A stretch of 64,000 bases of DNA, taken from NCBI GenBank assembly GCA_020536535.1, contig JAHLWZ010000790.1:62001-126000 (forward strand). The letters are read 5' to 3'. The translations under genes were made by a program, and so were the position numbers. Below are positions 34,375 to 48,300 of this stretch, piece after piece (the stretch's first letter is position 1; each line of letters opens with the position of its first letter). The stretch comes from Pelomyxa schiedti (Eukaryota > Protista > Evosea). The notes beneath the pieces were generated by a model. That model saw nothing but the letters and a program-made list of their open reading frames with translations. It searched no databases and was not told the origin of the DNA.

Positions 34375-37077
34375 CTAGTCCTCGTACAAGGAATAGGACT
34401 CTATCCACGTGGAGCCCGGCTGGTAGGAGCTGCTCAGGTCGTCAGGGTCGGCCACGTCGCACCAGTCCCCGGTCCACCCCGCCGGGCACGCGCACGTGCA
34501 CGTGGCGCTCACGAACGTGCCGCGCGCGCAGTCCGCCTGCGACTTCCCGCAGCTGCAGCCGTCCGCGGCCGCCGTGGTCGCCGTGAGCAGCAGCGGCACC
34601 GGCGACTGCTGCCCGGACGAGTGCACGGCCGCCACCCTGATCTTGTACTGCTGGCCGTACCGCAGCCCCGTCAGCTGCGCAGAGGCCACCGCGCCCACGG
34701 CCTTGACGACGGGCCCGGGCTCCGCGTACAGGACGTAGCCGGTCCACGTGCCGCAGGCCAGCGCCGGCGCCGCCAGCGTCACCGTGATGGTGTTGCACGA
34801 GACCGACGCGGCCAGGCCCGTCAGCAGCGGCAGCGTGATGTTGCGCTTGTAGAAGGTGAAGGACGAGAGCGTCGGCGACTGCAGCAGGTAGTTGGCGCCC
34901 AGGCGCATCTCGAAGCTCATGTAGCGGCCGCGGGCGGAGGTCACCGACTTGCGGTTGTATATGGACGTCGTCGGGGTGGTCAGGGCGGTGGAGGTCTCGG
35001 CCCACGCGCCGTAGGCGAAGAGCTCGGAGCCCTTGGGGATCTTCTCGTTCCATGTGAAGTATATCCAGTTCATGCACTGGGTCTTGGAGTCGATAACGAA
35101 TTGCCACAGGCCCCACGGCTTCATGGAGTTGAGCCCGACGAATCCAGTCATATCTGTGTGTGTGTGTAGGTGGGTGGGTGGCGTGAGGAAAGGAAATTGT
35201 GGGTCTAGTTTGTGGGGAGACACTCACCAGAGTATGTGTAAGGACAGGAGCCTGAGGGGAGCTTGATGTACTTTGTATCTGAATCGGTGCCATTGGGGAG
35301 TATGCGGGCAACACCGCCGTTGTAGTAGCAAGGGGCCCAGACATATAGGTCTTGATCGATACTCACTCCCATGGGGAAGTTGCAGAGGCCACTGTTGAGC
35401 GAGAATATTTTGAACTGGCGGGATGTGAAGTTGAAGCGGGCAACTTTATTGGATTCTCCAAGGGCCATCCAAATGTCGTTGTTTTTATCCACAGACATAC
35501 CGCGAACATATGTAATGTCACCGGGAAGGCGAGCGAGGTCCAGCCTGGCTAGATTTTTGTTACACAAACCTATAAAGTTGAAAACGGGTACACACTTCCA
35601 TTAGGATGGTATCTCTGGATCCAGTAGCTTGCACCTCCCCAGAAACACCCGTTCTTATCCACAGTCATTCCATAAATTCCATATTGCAAACTGACACATT
35701 TGACAGGCACACTAGCACTTGGATTGTATCTTTTTTACCCAATGAGAGGAATACCGTAAGATAAAATCACATAGTCTAGTAGGAAATAGATCACGTACAT
35801 CAGAAGTCCGCCGGCACTCCCGACAACATTGGATGATGAAGTGGCACCACCGTAGCCACCGCACGAGGCGGTGAAAGAAACTCCGGGGATAGTTTCTCCA
35901 GTTGTTGAATCTACTTTATAGAAGTACTTTCGGGAAGTGTCACCAACACTTTGAGCATAGTATGAACCAACCCACACATTGTTATCTGGTGTGATACTAA
36001 TGTGCCTGTATTTATGTGAGTGCCATAGTTTTCCTTGGACTATTGGGATTTGAAACTACCTTACTCCAGTGCCATAGGGAATCTTAATGTAGTGCAACAA
36101 ACACTCATCGGTAGCATAACGTGGAGTACCTGAGGTAGATTCATAGCTCCCGGATGGTACAGTCCAAGGCTAGTTATCAAAGGTGTGACTTTAAACTTCT
36201 GGTGCTTTGATACTGTACCATAAGATGCGAAGAATTCCTGGAGGTATCAATTTTTCCATTTCCGTTTCGATCCACGCACTGGCCAGCCTCGAGCAGCCCA
36301 ATGTGCGTAGCTGAGCCACAGTATGGGGTTCCTGTTGTGTACGGCTTCCCGTCTTTGTTGAGGCATGTATTGTCATTCCTGTTGCCTGTAGCGAATGAGA
36401 TAATAAAAAAGAACGGTGAAGTCAGAAGACATACCAACCCACACATTTCCGTGCAAATCAACAGTTGTTCTGGAAGGATTCGAGGATGCTGCATTGGGAA
36501 TTGTGTAGAAGATCTGCTTGACAGCCATTTCAGTTGTGGAAATCTTGGCTACTTTGTTGAGATTTGACAGGGGGACCCAAAGTGTGGGCCAAGGCCTGAC
36601 TACCTTTTTTTTTTTTTTTTTATTAGGCTCCCAAATGTGGAAAATGTCAACTAAGGTATTAGCTAATAGTAAAAGTACTTACTTTGCTGATAGCCAATTC
36701 GTAGGTTCCTGGTTCTCCAGAAGGAAGAATTTCAGTGTTATGACCAGGCATCCCAGGCATATTCGGTGCCGTGTACGATACAACAGAGATAGGAGGCGCT
36801 ATGGAATCACATACTCCCGTAGACACAACACATTCCGGGCAGTACCTTACGACTAGTTAACGACAGGTTGAGCTTGAGAATTAAAAACAAAAAAAAAATC
36901 CAGGAAGGGAAAGTTCGGTAGTACACACCATTGCTCGGACAGAACAGTACCGACGCATTTCACGTAAGTTGTCTCGTCCGCGCAAGCGTAGTAGGTGCCA
37001 GTTTTTGTACAAGGGGAACCACCAAAAACACTGAGAACCCAACAACAAACCAGTAGCCCCAGCACAATAGCCTTCAT
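34375..37077 (-). CDS. Secreted protein: signal peptide, bacterial-type beta-propeller (Vgb-like), FN3 and EGF-like domains
   Basis: MKAIVLGLLVCCWVLSVFG; PSRTTVDLHGNVWV, CVDRNGNGKIDTS, DECLLH, RGMSVDKNNDIWMA, PYTYS|DMTG; LTGLRYGQQYKIRVAAV (FN3); CACPAGWTGDWC (EGF). Confidence 0.8.
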
Positions 37078-37350
37078 TTTGGCGCTTTTTTTTTTGAATT
37101 TTTGCCCCTTTTTGTTTGTCAACGATCGAGCGACGGTTGTTCGTTTCTCCTTAAACCCTGGTTTGATAACGGTTTTTTTTCAGACATCCACGGTTTTACG
37201 ATATGGACCTACCATTCCAGGATGGATGTACCGCCCGCCGTGTTTAGAATTAGATTACAACCACACCACAGACTGTACGGTTCGATTTACAAAAGAATCC
37301 TTTTGTGTTGGGCAAGGTAAAGGCAAAATTTCAAAATTGGGAGGTATCCT

Positions 37351-40300
37351 TCAGTCAAACAAGTCGGTGAGCATAACTAGTATCTCATCAAACGCTTTGG
37401 TCATCAGATAAGAAACTTTGTTTGTAATGTGAATTTGATAATACTTGGCCTTGCTTTGGGATCGTCGGCCCAACAGCAGCAGATTATCTTCGAAATGGGT
37501 TCAGGTATTCCTTCCAGTGGTAGTCTCTAAAAGGAAATTAATTATACTCAAGTATTGACCATTGTTACTTTGCCACTGAGCACGAATTCAGTAATTTCTG
37601 GAGTTGATGTTACCCATTCAGGCTGCGAACTGGAATAAGAGACACATACTCCATAGTGAATTAAAATCCTCGTAAGGCTCTTTCTCGGTCATGACTTGAT
37701 GCAACATAATCGAGAAACTATTTCAAGAGAAGTAATTACGGAGGATGTCGGCTTGAGAGGAGAGTTTAGTACCTATAGACATCTGCACTTTTGGGGGGAT
37801 AAAGGGTTAAATGAGTGAGGAGATAAAAGAGGCTACCTTTGATGGTAATTTCCCCCAGAAAGTTGTTCCTTTGTTTTTGTCACACAATAGCTAAAGAAAA
37901 GTAGGGACTCACTGGTGCCATAAAAGCAGGAGTCCCTATCCCTGCTGTAAAGGTCTGATCCACAGAAACTGTGGATACACCTCTCGTGGTTCCGAAATCT
38001 TGAATGCGGAATAGGACACTTGGGTTAAAGGTTAACAATATTACCGGATATTTTTGCGTTCACTTTGGCATCCTCATCCAATGAAGATATCTTTTTTATG
38101 AAAGAAATCTTGAGTAAACAAAGCTGTGGCACTGAAAAGACTTCTTTAGCGGGCACACCAAAAGGTTATCAGTCTATAAAAGAGTTAGATTAGCCCTTTA
38201 CAAGAGTGGGAACAAACTTTCAGATCCCGATGCAATAAGTTACTGTGATGAAGGAACTTCATCCCTTCGAAGAATTATTGTCAATTACTGAGAATTCAGG
38301 GTATACCTTTTGCACAATCGATCATGCATTTCAATTTAACTACTAATGAAAGGTTGTGGTGCTTCAAACATGATCTCAGGTTCCCAAGTGGGAAAAATTC
38401 CTTGACGAGTAAAGAGAGTTTAATGGAAGAAAACAAAATGGAACACGCACTGTTACGATAGCAAGTTTTCCTGTAGTCCGCACTGCGCCATAAAACTGAA
38501 CAATCTGGTATGGGTTAGAGCTGCATTTAGCTCAATAAGAGCAAAAACGGGACACCTGGGGGCACCTAATTGTATCACAAATTTGTACTTCGTTATCAAA
38601 GGCCGTGAGAGTATCCTTGCTTTGTTGGTTCTAATGTGAAGTAAGCTTAACGATAGCGCTTTGGTTCCATACCTTCACGACTTTAATTGCAACTTCCTGG
38701 TTTCTCCTTCAGGCGAAGTTAGCTGTTATCATTCTGAGAGGCAACACACCATCTTCCCTTGTACACAATACCATAGGAACCTTCTCCAATTGGTGGCTCA
38801 ATATACTAAAAATATGAAAAGCATGTAAGGATAAACGAAGAAGTAGAGTCCCTTACTTCTAACTCTTTGAAATCTATCAGAGCAGAGAGTATGGACTCCA
38901 AATTAACTTTTAATGCTATGTAATATTTATCTCCTGTGTTCATATTAACTTCAAGTGAGTAAGGAAGAGCGGGACCCTCATATTCTGTCATAAGGATCAA
39001 GTCTGTGCTGATTTTGGTGGTGCAAAGAATAGTGATCTTTAGTGTAATTGTCCGTTCAGCACCCTAGGATAATAGGTCTGATTAGTAACAAAGTCGGACA
39101 GAAATTTAGAACCGGTTCGATGGCCACAGTTCTGGGTGTTGGAGCAAATGTATACTGATGACTCTTGGGCATGAGCACTTGTAAGGTGCAAGATTTTTTC
39201 TTCTTTTTCGCTTCGTTTCTTAGTACGAGTTCTTGAAGTAAATCGGTATTCACAGGGGCTTGCCTTGATCCCAGTCCAAAGTCAAACTTGACTGGGGAGA
39301 CCTAGGACATGTTAGTGGTGTTGACCCTTTCCCTATGGTACCATCAGAGGGAAGTCATCAACACTGCACAATCTAATTATATCGATTCGGGAAACAAGAG
39401 AAATGTCAAAAAACAGTGTAAGGTGGGGCATTTGTACTTGGCTTGCTTCAGCATTGGGTATAATTCCTCATCATATTCCGTAAGGCTTGACACTTCTTCC
39501 AGTTCTGCCAGGTCCTTGGGTTCTTCTCCTTTCCCTCTTCTTTGCCTGGAATAAGGATATGGAGAAAGTAAGTTGGGAGTCTAAACTTCCTTCTTCCTAC
39601 CACAGCACCGCTGCTGTTACAAATCCCCCCACCACAGCTGCAACAAGAAATAAGGCACCCACAATAGCCACAGGGATAACAAAGCCGGGCAGAGAGTCAT
39701 CAGCTATGCTGGAGAAAGGGAGCCTGCACCCCTCATATGTGCTATTGACAAAAGTGCCCTTGAAGCGCCCCGGCACATTCCCAAGGAATTCTAGAGTGAG
39801 GTTCGGATGAACCACATAGAACTCGGAGTAATCCTCCGCACTGTAAAAGCAGTACATTGTGTTGAACACCCTGTTCCGCGAATGGTCCGCGGACATTCCC
39901 CCTGGCCTGGCCGTGACCGCAATGCTCGCAGGTCCCACAATCTCGTACGAGTAGTTGCCCAGCCACCTGGAGCCCCTGATTTTCTCTGTAATCTCGGTGA
40001 CGTCGGCGCTCAGGCCGGCCACCAGGGGCTCCCCGGGCCTGCAGGTCGCCCCCTCGAGCGGCTCCACGGCCCCGAACATCCCAAAGCGGCTCTCCGCGTC
40101 CGCGAGCAGCCGTGTCTCGCGGGTGAAGGGGTTGATCCGCATGATGGCTGTGTGGCTCACCCCGACGTTGCAGAAGGTCGCCAGGAACGCCTGCTCGCAC
40201 GAGCTCCACACCAGCGACGACGGCGTGAGGGACAGCGGCGCGCCGGGGACCGGGAAGAGGGCGCGGACGGGGCAGACGTCGACCGAGGCGGACGCCGGCC

Positions 40301-40721
40301 CGACGCGGAATATCACCCCGGAGGTGTCCACGGCCCACAGGGTGTACTGCGAGGACTGCTTGCACAGCGCGTAGATCGTGGTGTAGTCGCAGCCCGCGGC
40401 GCCCATGGAGCACTCGCTGGGGAGGGCCTCGCTGAGATTGCACATCGTGTGCATCTCGAGGAGGGGGACATCTGGGGGGAACCCAATAATCCGGTTGAGT
40501 TTCTCGGTCTTCTGCTTGAATGCAAACGCAAAGGCGTAGGCCAGGGGCTGATTGTGGGACGACGACGACGAGGCCGTCGTGGATTCAGATAGTGATGTGC
40601 TGTTTGTGTTGCCGGCGGCTTGGGGGATTATTAACACATCGTTTGGTTGGGGTGTATTGTGGCACCCCCCACTCGTGACAACAACGGCAAGAAAAAGCAT
40701 GCACAGGAAGAAGCCCCTCAT
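37351..40721 (-). CDS. Single-pass transmembrane receptor-like TKL kinase (Entamoeba TMK-like layout)
   Basis: Signal peptide, Cys-containing ectodomain, TM VIPVAIVGALFLVAAVVGGFVTAAVLW, juxtamembrane beta domain, IGEGSYGIVYKG, HRDLK, DFG and GTPAFMAPE. Confidence 0.88.
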
Positions 40722-40911
40722 TGCGACGTAGCAAAACTTTCTTTTTGTACTTCGTTTTGCTTAAAAGGACTGATCGTTGATTTGAAATCAGCTACTTCCA
40801 CGGGAAGAATCCGAATTCGACTTTCTTGAAGTACTACTTAAAACGAATTTCTTGTACGCGAGTGGAAAAACAACCACGGCGTGAGAAAAGGATACACAAA
40901 AACTAAGTTTT

Positions 40912-41986
40912 TTACATGTTCATTATCATTTTGGCTATGTCGCGGGATATGTCCTCACAAGCGGCATTGGTGTCAGCAGCTAGCTGCCTGCACTTGGCCT
41001 CAATCTGCTCTACTTGCGAGTTCATTTGGACTGCAAGCTGAGGTGACTCTGGAACATCCACACCAGACAGTTTGGTGGATTCTGTGGTCTGTGGAAAGTG
41101 AGTGCGTGCTAAAAAGTAAATAGCAAAGAAGGAAGTGGAATACCTGTGAAGAGGTAGTTGCACAGGAATTGCTAACATCGTGGGATAGTGTGTTGGTTTC
41201 GTCGACGAGTTTGGTTACACTGGAACTGTGGGAGTTGACGACTTCGGCACATAGTCTTTTGCACTGGGCAGCGATCTCATTGGAAAGCTTTAGGAATGTT
41301 AAGGTGAGTGCGGGTAGAGAAATTTAAATTCACAAACATTTTCAGTGTAGCGTGGCAGTTCTTGAGAAACCAGTGCGCAGCGCTGAGCAATTTCCTTTGA
41401 GTATGCTGCAGTTGTAGATATAATCTTATCATCAGGTTCTTATGGAGAATTAGGCGGTTAACGGAGCTAGACATATAAACCAGGAATGGTGTGAAGCTCT
41501 GTGAGCTTCTCGACAATCTTTTCTTGAATCGCGTCTAGGCAGGCCACCCGAGTCGCTGCAACTGGAGCAAGGATCGGGGACGTTGCGGGGCGAATGTACT
41601 CTGCTATTTTGGGAGGAGAAACGGTTGGCTTTCTGTAAACATTGAGTTCAGGCTTTGTGGAAAATGGGAAGCATACTGCCCAGGTTCAACAACAACCAAG
41701 TTGAGTCGCAATATTCTTGGGTCGGATCGTGCAGCAATGCTCAAAGCCTCATTAAATTCCTCGGAGGAGGTGATGGTAACGAGGTCCCCCTCGTCATCAG
41801 TGTATTGCATGCAAATGTTCACATTGGGGTACAACTTATGAAGAACGCCAACAAGGTCTTTACCACAACAAGTGTTACAGAGAGAAATGAATGAGTTGAA
41901 GTGATACTAGAGAAATCGCCAGTTTCAAGAGAAAATCGCCTCACATCATCTGCAAGTTTTGTCTTAACAACTACAGGCTTCGACAT
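40912..41986 (-). CDS. PB1-domain protein with a helical C-terminus
   Basis: VVVKTKLADDVRRF (basic PB1 Lys) and YTDDEGDLVTITSSEEFNEAL (OPCA motif). Confidence 0.8.
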
Positions 41987-42276
41987 GTCTCTGATGGTGG
42001 TTTATTATTAAATAATACGGTTTAATCTCCCCGGATTTTTTTTAATTTAAATAAAAAAAAGTTGGTACTTGACATTTTCGCGGATTTCTGATTCCGAAAG
42101 TGTTTCTTTGTTGGGATTGGACTGTGCGCCAATTGGCGGCAACATCGCCAGTCATAAATGGCACCTGTTATTGCAATGGCAACTTGATTTCCCGGACACC
42201 ATCGTTACTTTCCTTTTTTCTTCAAGATCTCAAAACGCAAAGAATTCTGCAGAGTTGAGGGGTGAATGGAATGCTC

Positions 42277-44021
42277 TTACCACTGGTTACGGAGAATGAG
42301 GGTGGTTGGGGCAATGACTAGAAGGTGTTCGACAAGCTTAGAAATGTTCTTTGGGTGCAAGTGTTGTGGCCTTGGCACCCCAATCAGTGTGGTATCACTT
42401 TGCAGAACGGATTGTACCCAGGCCTGTGGGATCCCACCAACACCTTCGCAGGAGCCCAGCACGCCGCCAGATATCATGGCATTTGTGTCTGTGTCTCCCC
42501 CAACAAGAAGAACTCGTTTGATATTGTGGAGGTAGTGGGGTCTGCCTTCCCCAAGTAAGCACATTGCAATTCGAAAAGAAGTCTCCACAGAGCCCTGCTC
42601 CCCATTAACTGGGAAATGTTCAAAAGTTCCTCCTTCTGGGCAGGTCCCACATTGCTCCATCCACTTAAGTACAGTTTCATCACGTTTGGCTGCGTATTCA
42701 CGTGCTGCTTGAAATGCAAGTTTTTGTCGGCAAGGATTTTCCCAATGACTAATGAGAGTTGCCACTGCAATGGCATAACATGCGTTGGCAACACAACAAC
42801 TGGGATACGCATGCGAGAGCCCAGCATCCAATTCGGCACATTTTCCGAGATCATCTGGAGGAAGTTTGTGCCCCCACACCTGATAGCTTTTAATTAGTAA
42901 CGCAGAGGAGAATCAGCATACAGCAAGTGGCAGAATGCGCATCATTGCACCGTTACCTTGTGAATGTTAGAGATATTAAGGAATGAACTCTACCAGACAA
43001 AGGAGATGCAATTAATGAAGCCGCCGCGTGCATAGCCTTGCCAACACCACCCAACTTTGCCACGTTCAATGCACCGTTGTGTGTAGCTGGATATCCCAGA
43101 GTTTTACGACAAGTCCCACCAATATCAAATGGAGCACTTTTTATCCATCCCAGGTAGGACTTTGCAACTTCTTCAACGTCATATGCACTTAATGACTGAA
43201 TCAGTGCATGGATTAGACAGAGCGTCAGCTCTCCATCATCTGTTATCTGACCCGGAGCGAGCCAGTGTATTCCCCCGCCGGGCATTCCGAAGGCACTAGA
43301 AGCGCATTAATCTTGATGCAAGTTGTTTGACTTACGTACTGCTCAATCATCTCTGGTTCAATACGCCGGTGGAGACCTTCGAGAGGGCCACCCAGTGCTT
43401 CTCCCACTAACCCACCCAGAAGGGAACCCAAGGCGGCATCAAACAGCGATTCCGGATTTCTAGGGTGAGAGATTGCCTCGTCCTGCTCACAGACTGCTCT
43501 TCGGACCTGAGGCACTTAGTTCATGAAGAATAGGAAACACATACTCTAGCGGCTCCCAGAGAGACGAGCTCAGAGCTTCTGTACTTTTGCACAAACACCT
43601 TTGACGCGTGATGCAACAAATCATTTAACTCTGTGTGGGTCTGGGCGAATAGCTCCACATCTCCACAGAAGGAGGTGAGCTCATTTTCACATGAACACCG
43701 CAATGAGATGTCATGTGGTGCAACCCTGTATGGCTCAGAAGAGTAGTTTAGGCACCAAGTCCATCGTTTCCCACAACTGCAACTAGGAGGAGGTATCGTA
43801 GTTTCGTGACAGAACCTAAACACCAACACTCTGCCTTCTAGTGCCACACCAGTGGCCTGTTGCATGGCTTGTGGTTCCAAGTCATTCACAAAGGATAACT
43901 CGGCAATGTTCCAGTCTTTCAGGCCAACAAATTCCCGAGCGGCCAGTGAAAGCCTCCTGTCAATATCGCGGTACCTAAGAGCCAACATTAAGTTGGTAGG
44001 TTGAGCGGGCCTTGATGACAT
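42277..44021 (-). CDS. ADP-ribosylglycohydrolase (ARH/DraG family), probably with an N-terminal Cys-containing extension
   Basis: GSLLGGLVGEALGGPLE, GQITDDGELT, PFDIGGT, GNGAMMR, LSHA and GGDTDTNAMISGGVLG. Confidence 0.88.
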
Positions 44022-44148
44022 TCTCACTCAAAACTTAGGAGAAAGTCCAGCGATCAATAATCTTTTTATTTTTTTGGGATTCCAATGGAAGGTTATTCCA
44101 CGGAGGACCATAACAGAGTTACAAGCACACTATGAGAGGAGAGTGATC

Positions 44149-45079
44149 TCAGGCGTCCGAGAAGCAGAGGCTGCGAGACTTGAAAATTGGTGGTGAGGAG
44201 CTGACTCGCCGCAGTTTTGAGGATTTGGATTGTTGGATGCCTTGGTTCATTTGATCACTGAACCTGTCATCTCTCATAGTGACATACTGCTTTGGTTCGC
44301 AGAGATCCTATCCGGATGTTAGAATTGCGATATCTTTCGAATTGCAAACAGACCTTGTGGGTACTGAAGAATTGACGGTATCCCCCTTGAAGGACATAGG
44401 CTTCGGGATAGAACAAGGTGGGGTAGTTTTCGAGGTTGAGAACCCTATCCATCTTCCTGAGGTACCTGAATCTGCGGGGTGGTTCAATTAAATGGGAGAG
44501 GCCAAGGGAGGGATACCCATCAGGACCCCGCTTGGAGGAAAATTCACAATGGAATACTACAACTACATCACTTGGCACCCTCTTGTTGTTATTGTCAAAG
44601 AAGTACTCAAGTATCTGCTCTCTGGTGTGCAGGTTGACAGCGTTTTCAATATGTCCTCCCTCGAATTCATATGGGAACCTACAGTCCACAATCACCAGTT
44701 TGTTTGGCTCCTCCCTCATCAGCGAAGCAACCTAAGACAACAAATGTCAAAAACTGACACAACTGACACTTTTTACAGGAAGAAGAAGTAAGTATCCAAA
44801 ACGACAGCATACAGTCTCACACGTCACACAGACGATGTCACACTCGGTGCCAGGCACAGTCGGTACAGAAGGCCGGAGCTCAATGCAGCTCTGTGACGGC
44901 ACCGACATGTTGTTGTTGTTGCCGGAGCTGGCGTCGGCGTTGGTGTTGTTGGTGGTTGTACTCTCGTCGCTGTGCACCTCTGCACTCGGTGGCAACACAT
45001 GCGGCGGAGAGGACACATTGGACTCGGGTTCTGTGGTTGGGGGCTGCTCGGTGGTGGTACTACTTTCGCGTTCGCTCAT
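44149..45079 (-). CDS. CDC25: Cdc25-type (rhodanese-fold) phosphatase
   Basis: IVDCRFPYEFEGGHIENAVNL, VFHCEFSSKRGP and YPTLFYPEAYVLQGGY. Confidence 0.92.
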
Positions 45080-45359
45080 TTCTTATCTCGTTGGTGGTTT
45101 GGTTGGGCGACTGGACCCGCGTAGACTTAATGGAACGCAGTTTTTTTTTTTCCTTTTGTTCTTTTTCTTCGCCCTCTTTGTTGTCTTGTTTAATTGTTCG
45201 CCAAAGCAAAAAAAGATCAGTATAATATTCATTTAGGGGAATGGCTGTTTAAGTCTGGTTTTGGGAATGGCGCCGCAGATCTAGGTCGCGTTTGGTGTGT
45301 TGGGTTGCTGCTTTGGTATAGAGTGGAAATGTGTGTGTTTCGTTTGTTTTTGTTTGGCT

Positions 45360-48300
45360 TCAGGATTTCCTGGGGGTGCCCTGGGCCAGCTGGACGAGTT
45401 CGAGGCACCTTCGGCATACCTTTTTCCTCGCTACAGGGACTATCCAAGGCGGCTGGCATTGTGTGAGACAGTGCTTGCATATGTTCTTGTGACATAGGTC
45501 ACACTCGTACTGTGAAGGTAAGTCGTTAGCAAGAGCAAGGTACTTAGTCTTGGTTTACCTTGTGGCGGGTGAAAGAAAACTTGGTGTTACAATCAGAGCA
45601 CATTTTTGTTTGTGTTATTGTGTCGGCCGAGACTGTTCTATCTGTAAAAGTGAGATTAAAACTTTCTGAGGGAAAAACCTGAAGTGGCAAGAGAAATTAA
45701 TCGTTGTTGAATGTCCCCAGTGAGGGAGTTTGATAGCCCTTTGGTTCCCTGCCGAATTATTTTAACAAAAAATAAATTTAAAATATAAATATTTCATACC
45801 AATTTAAGGTCTCCAGCATGTCTGACTACCCATGTGATGCACTTGTCACGTAACTCCTGCTTAGAGGTCATTCACTGAAATGAGTAAAACTTACAAGCCT
45901 GATTGTGAATGCGATGTGAGGTTATCATGATATTGATAACTTCTTCTTTTGTAAGTGCTGCACATGAAGGGGAATCAGCTGAAGCAATCAACTCATTAGC
46001 CTGAGTTTATTCGATAAAATTTAGTGCATGGCCACCTTACTTTCACATACTTCTTTTATACATGCAGTGAGGTTGTCAGTACACTTCAGAACAGAGGACA
46101 AAAATAGGCGGGACGAAAGAGAGAAGTCTTTTGATGTTGATGTGGTGCGTATAATGACATCGATGAGGGCAGGGTGCCAATGTGAGATCATTTCAGTTTT
46201 TTGATGAAGTTCTGAGACATGTTTCTAGAAGAAAATGAACTAGCGCCTTTAAGAGAAGGGTTCTCTACAAATATATAATCTTCGCACTTCTTAACCAAGG
46301 GTTGTGCTGAAGGGCTATACGAATGACCGTTGGTAGCTAACTCCCAAAGTAACCCAGCTAATTGAATGCTGAGTCTTCCAGACTGGTCTAAGAACTGTAG
46401 ACAAATGCCAGCAAGATTGAACTTGACCATCATGAAAGAAACTGTTAGACGGAGAACATGTATAGTTGACTCATACATCCTGGAAAAGTAACGAGAAGCC
46501 ATGAAGTGCAAAAACTTGAGTTGATGTGGACATATGCCCATATGACTCTTGTGTTGAAACTCGAGGGACTTCAGTAAGTTGGTTTGAGTGTTTTCCAGCA
46601 TACGGGTATAGAAAATCTTCTCAAAATTCCGCCCAGAGTAGATAAACCTGAGAAAGGATCCCAAAACGAATTTGTTATAGTATTCATCTTCCTCCAATTC
46701 CAGTGTGCGGGGTGCCTGATTATTGTTACCAATACTCAAAAATTGAGAACTTACATGAGAACGTATTTGCTTAGCAAATAAGTACTTTGCTTGGTTATGC
46801 TTTTGCACCATAGCAGCGACTCTTTCGTCATGTTGTATAGTTCTGGTAAAAGAATAAATCAACACCAACCCTATTGTTTGTGTAATGCAAACCCTTCTTC
46901 CTGAGAGAGGTCAATCGAGTTCTTATTGAACAGTTTTCCAATTTTCTCATAAACTGTTAGAGCAGGAAGCCCAGAAGTACAGTCGGCCACCGGGCAGCAT
47001 ACAGAACCTCCCTGTTTAAAGGCTGACTTGCCTAAGACCCACGCAGCCGATTCTTGTCTTTCTATCATTTTATGCCAACAATCTATGCATACTGCATGCC
47101 CACATACTGCACTGAGTACCTAAAGGCGAAGAAATTCATTCCTCCAACAAAAAAAAAGAGAGAGATTCACCTCATTGGAGGTCAACACAGACTTACAAGC
47201 TGTGCAAACAAAAGATTCTGAGGTTTCAGGGGTCTGCTCGTAGGTAAAGAAAAACTCTTTACAAGTTCGGAAAACATACCTCGGGTGTGTAGTGTTGCAT
47301 GCCAACAGGTATCGTATACTTGATGTTCACAGGATTCGGAGCAGATACCACCTTCGTGGCAGTACCTGTTTTGGGTACCCACTTGCCTTTGCCACTGGGA
47401 GAAATAATTCTAACCCATCCCGTTTCATCCCCGTCCCTGTCCCCAGCCCCTGAAGAGGTTTCCCCTTCTGGCCCTTCACTTGTTTCCTTGATGTTTGGTT
47501 TAATACCAAGACGCTCAAATCCTGGTTCCCGAGTGGAGAGAAGCCAATCAACTGCCATGTTGATGTCTCCCTAGGTTACTTGCGTTATTAATTGCAATTT
47601 CTACTTCCAGGCACATACATCATTAATCAGGAGGGCTTCAATAACTCTCCAAACAGGAAAGCCCAGCTGCGTAAGAGTGTTTACAGTATCTTCAGAAATT
47701 CCATTTGATACACAAAAGTCTGACATGTCACTCTAAATTGAGTATCAGTTGGTACAAAGAAGTTTGGGTTTTTGTTACTTCAGCATCAAAGTGCGGTACA
47801 TGAGGAGTTTCTCCCGGCGGAGTGGCTGCAGGAATTGAGGATGTGGTAGACGACGTTTCCGTTGTTGCTGTTGATGTTGATGTTGCCGTTGTTGCTGATG
47901 CTGATGCTGTTGCTGTTGCTGTTGCCGCTGCCGTTGTCGTCACTGTTGTGGTCGCTGCTGTAGCTGGAGTTGCTGACGGGGTTGTTCCAGGGATTACTAA
48001 CAGGGGTGGGCCAACAACAGTTGTTGCTGTAGGTGGGGGTGGTGGGGCGACAACTGCGGGAAGAGATGGCTGTGGTTTTTTTTTAGCTAGGAAGTAGGAC
48101 TTAAAATATGTAGGAGAGATAGCCATTAAAATGGGACGATGTGCTCTAGCCAGGATAGTAGGTTCTCCTCTAAGTAGTTTTACTACAATATATAGTGGCA
48201 ATAACTACTTCACAACAAATTCAAAGTCGAATCCAGATTGTTGCAGCATGCTAAGCATATCTCGGGACATTTTAGAGGGGTCCTCTTTTATCTCCAGTAT

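Noticed and set aside
34284-35344. Long overlapping alternative-frame and antisense ORFs (also at 19836-20785 and 39742-40592)
   Set aside because: These are by-products of very high GC3 suppressing stop codons; the products are Arg/Gly/Pro-rich with no motifs.
1134-44021. Prokaryote-style defence operon (sirtuin, STAND ATPases, cyclase, ADP-ribosylglycohydrolase)
   Set aside because: The genes are intron-rich, on mixed strands and interspersed with housekeeping genes; co-location alone does not support a functional cluster.
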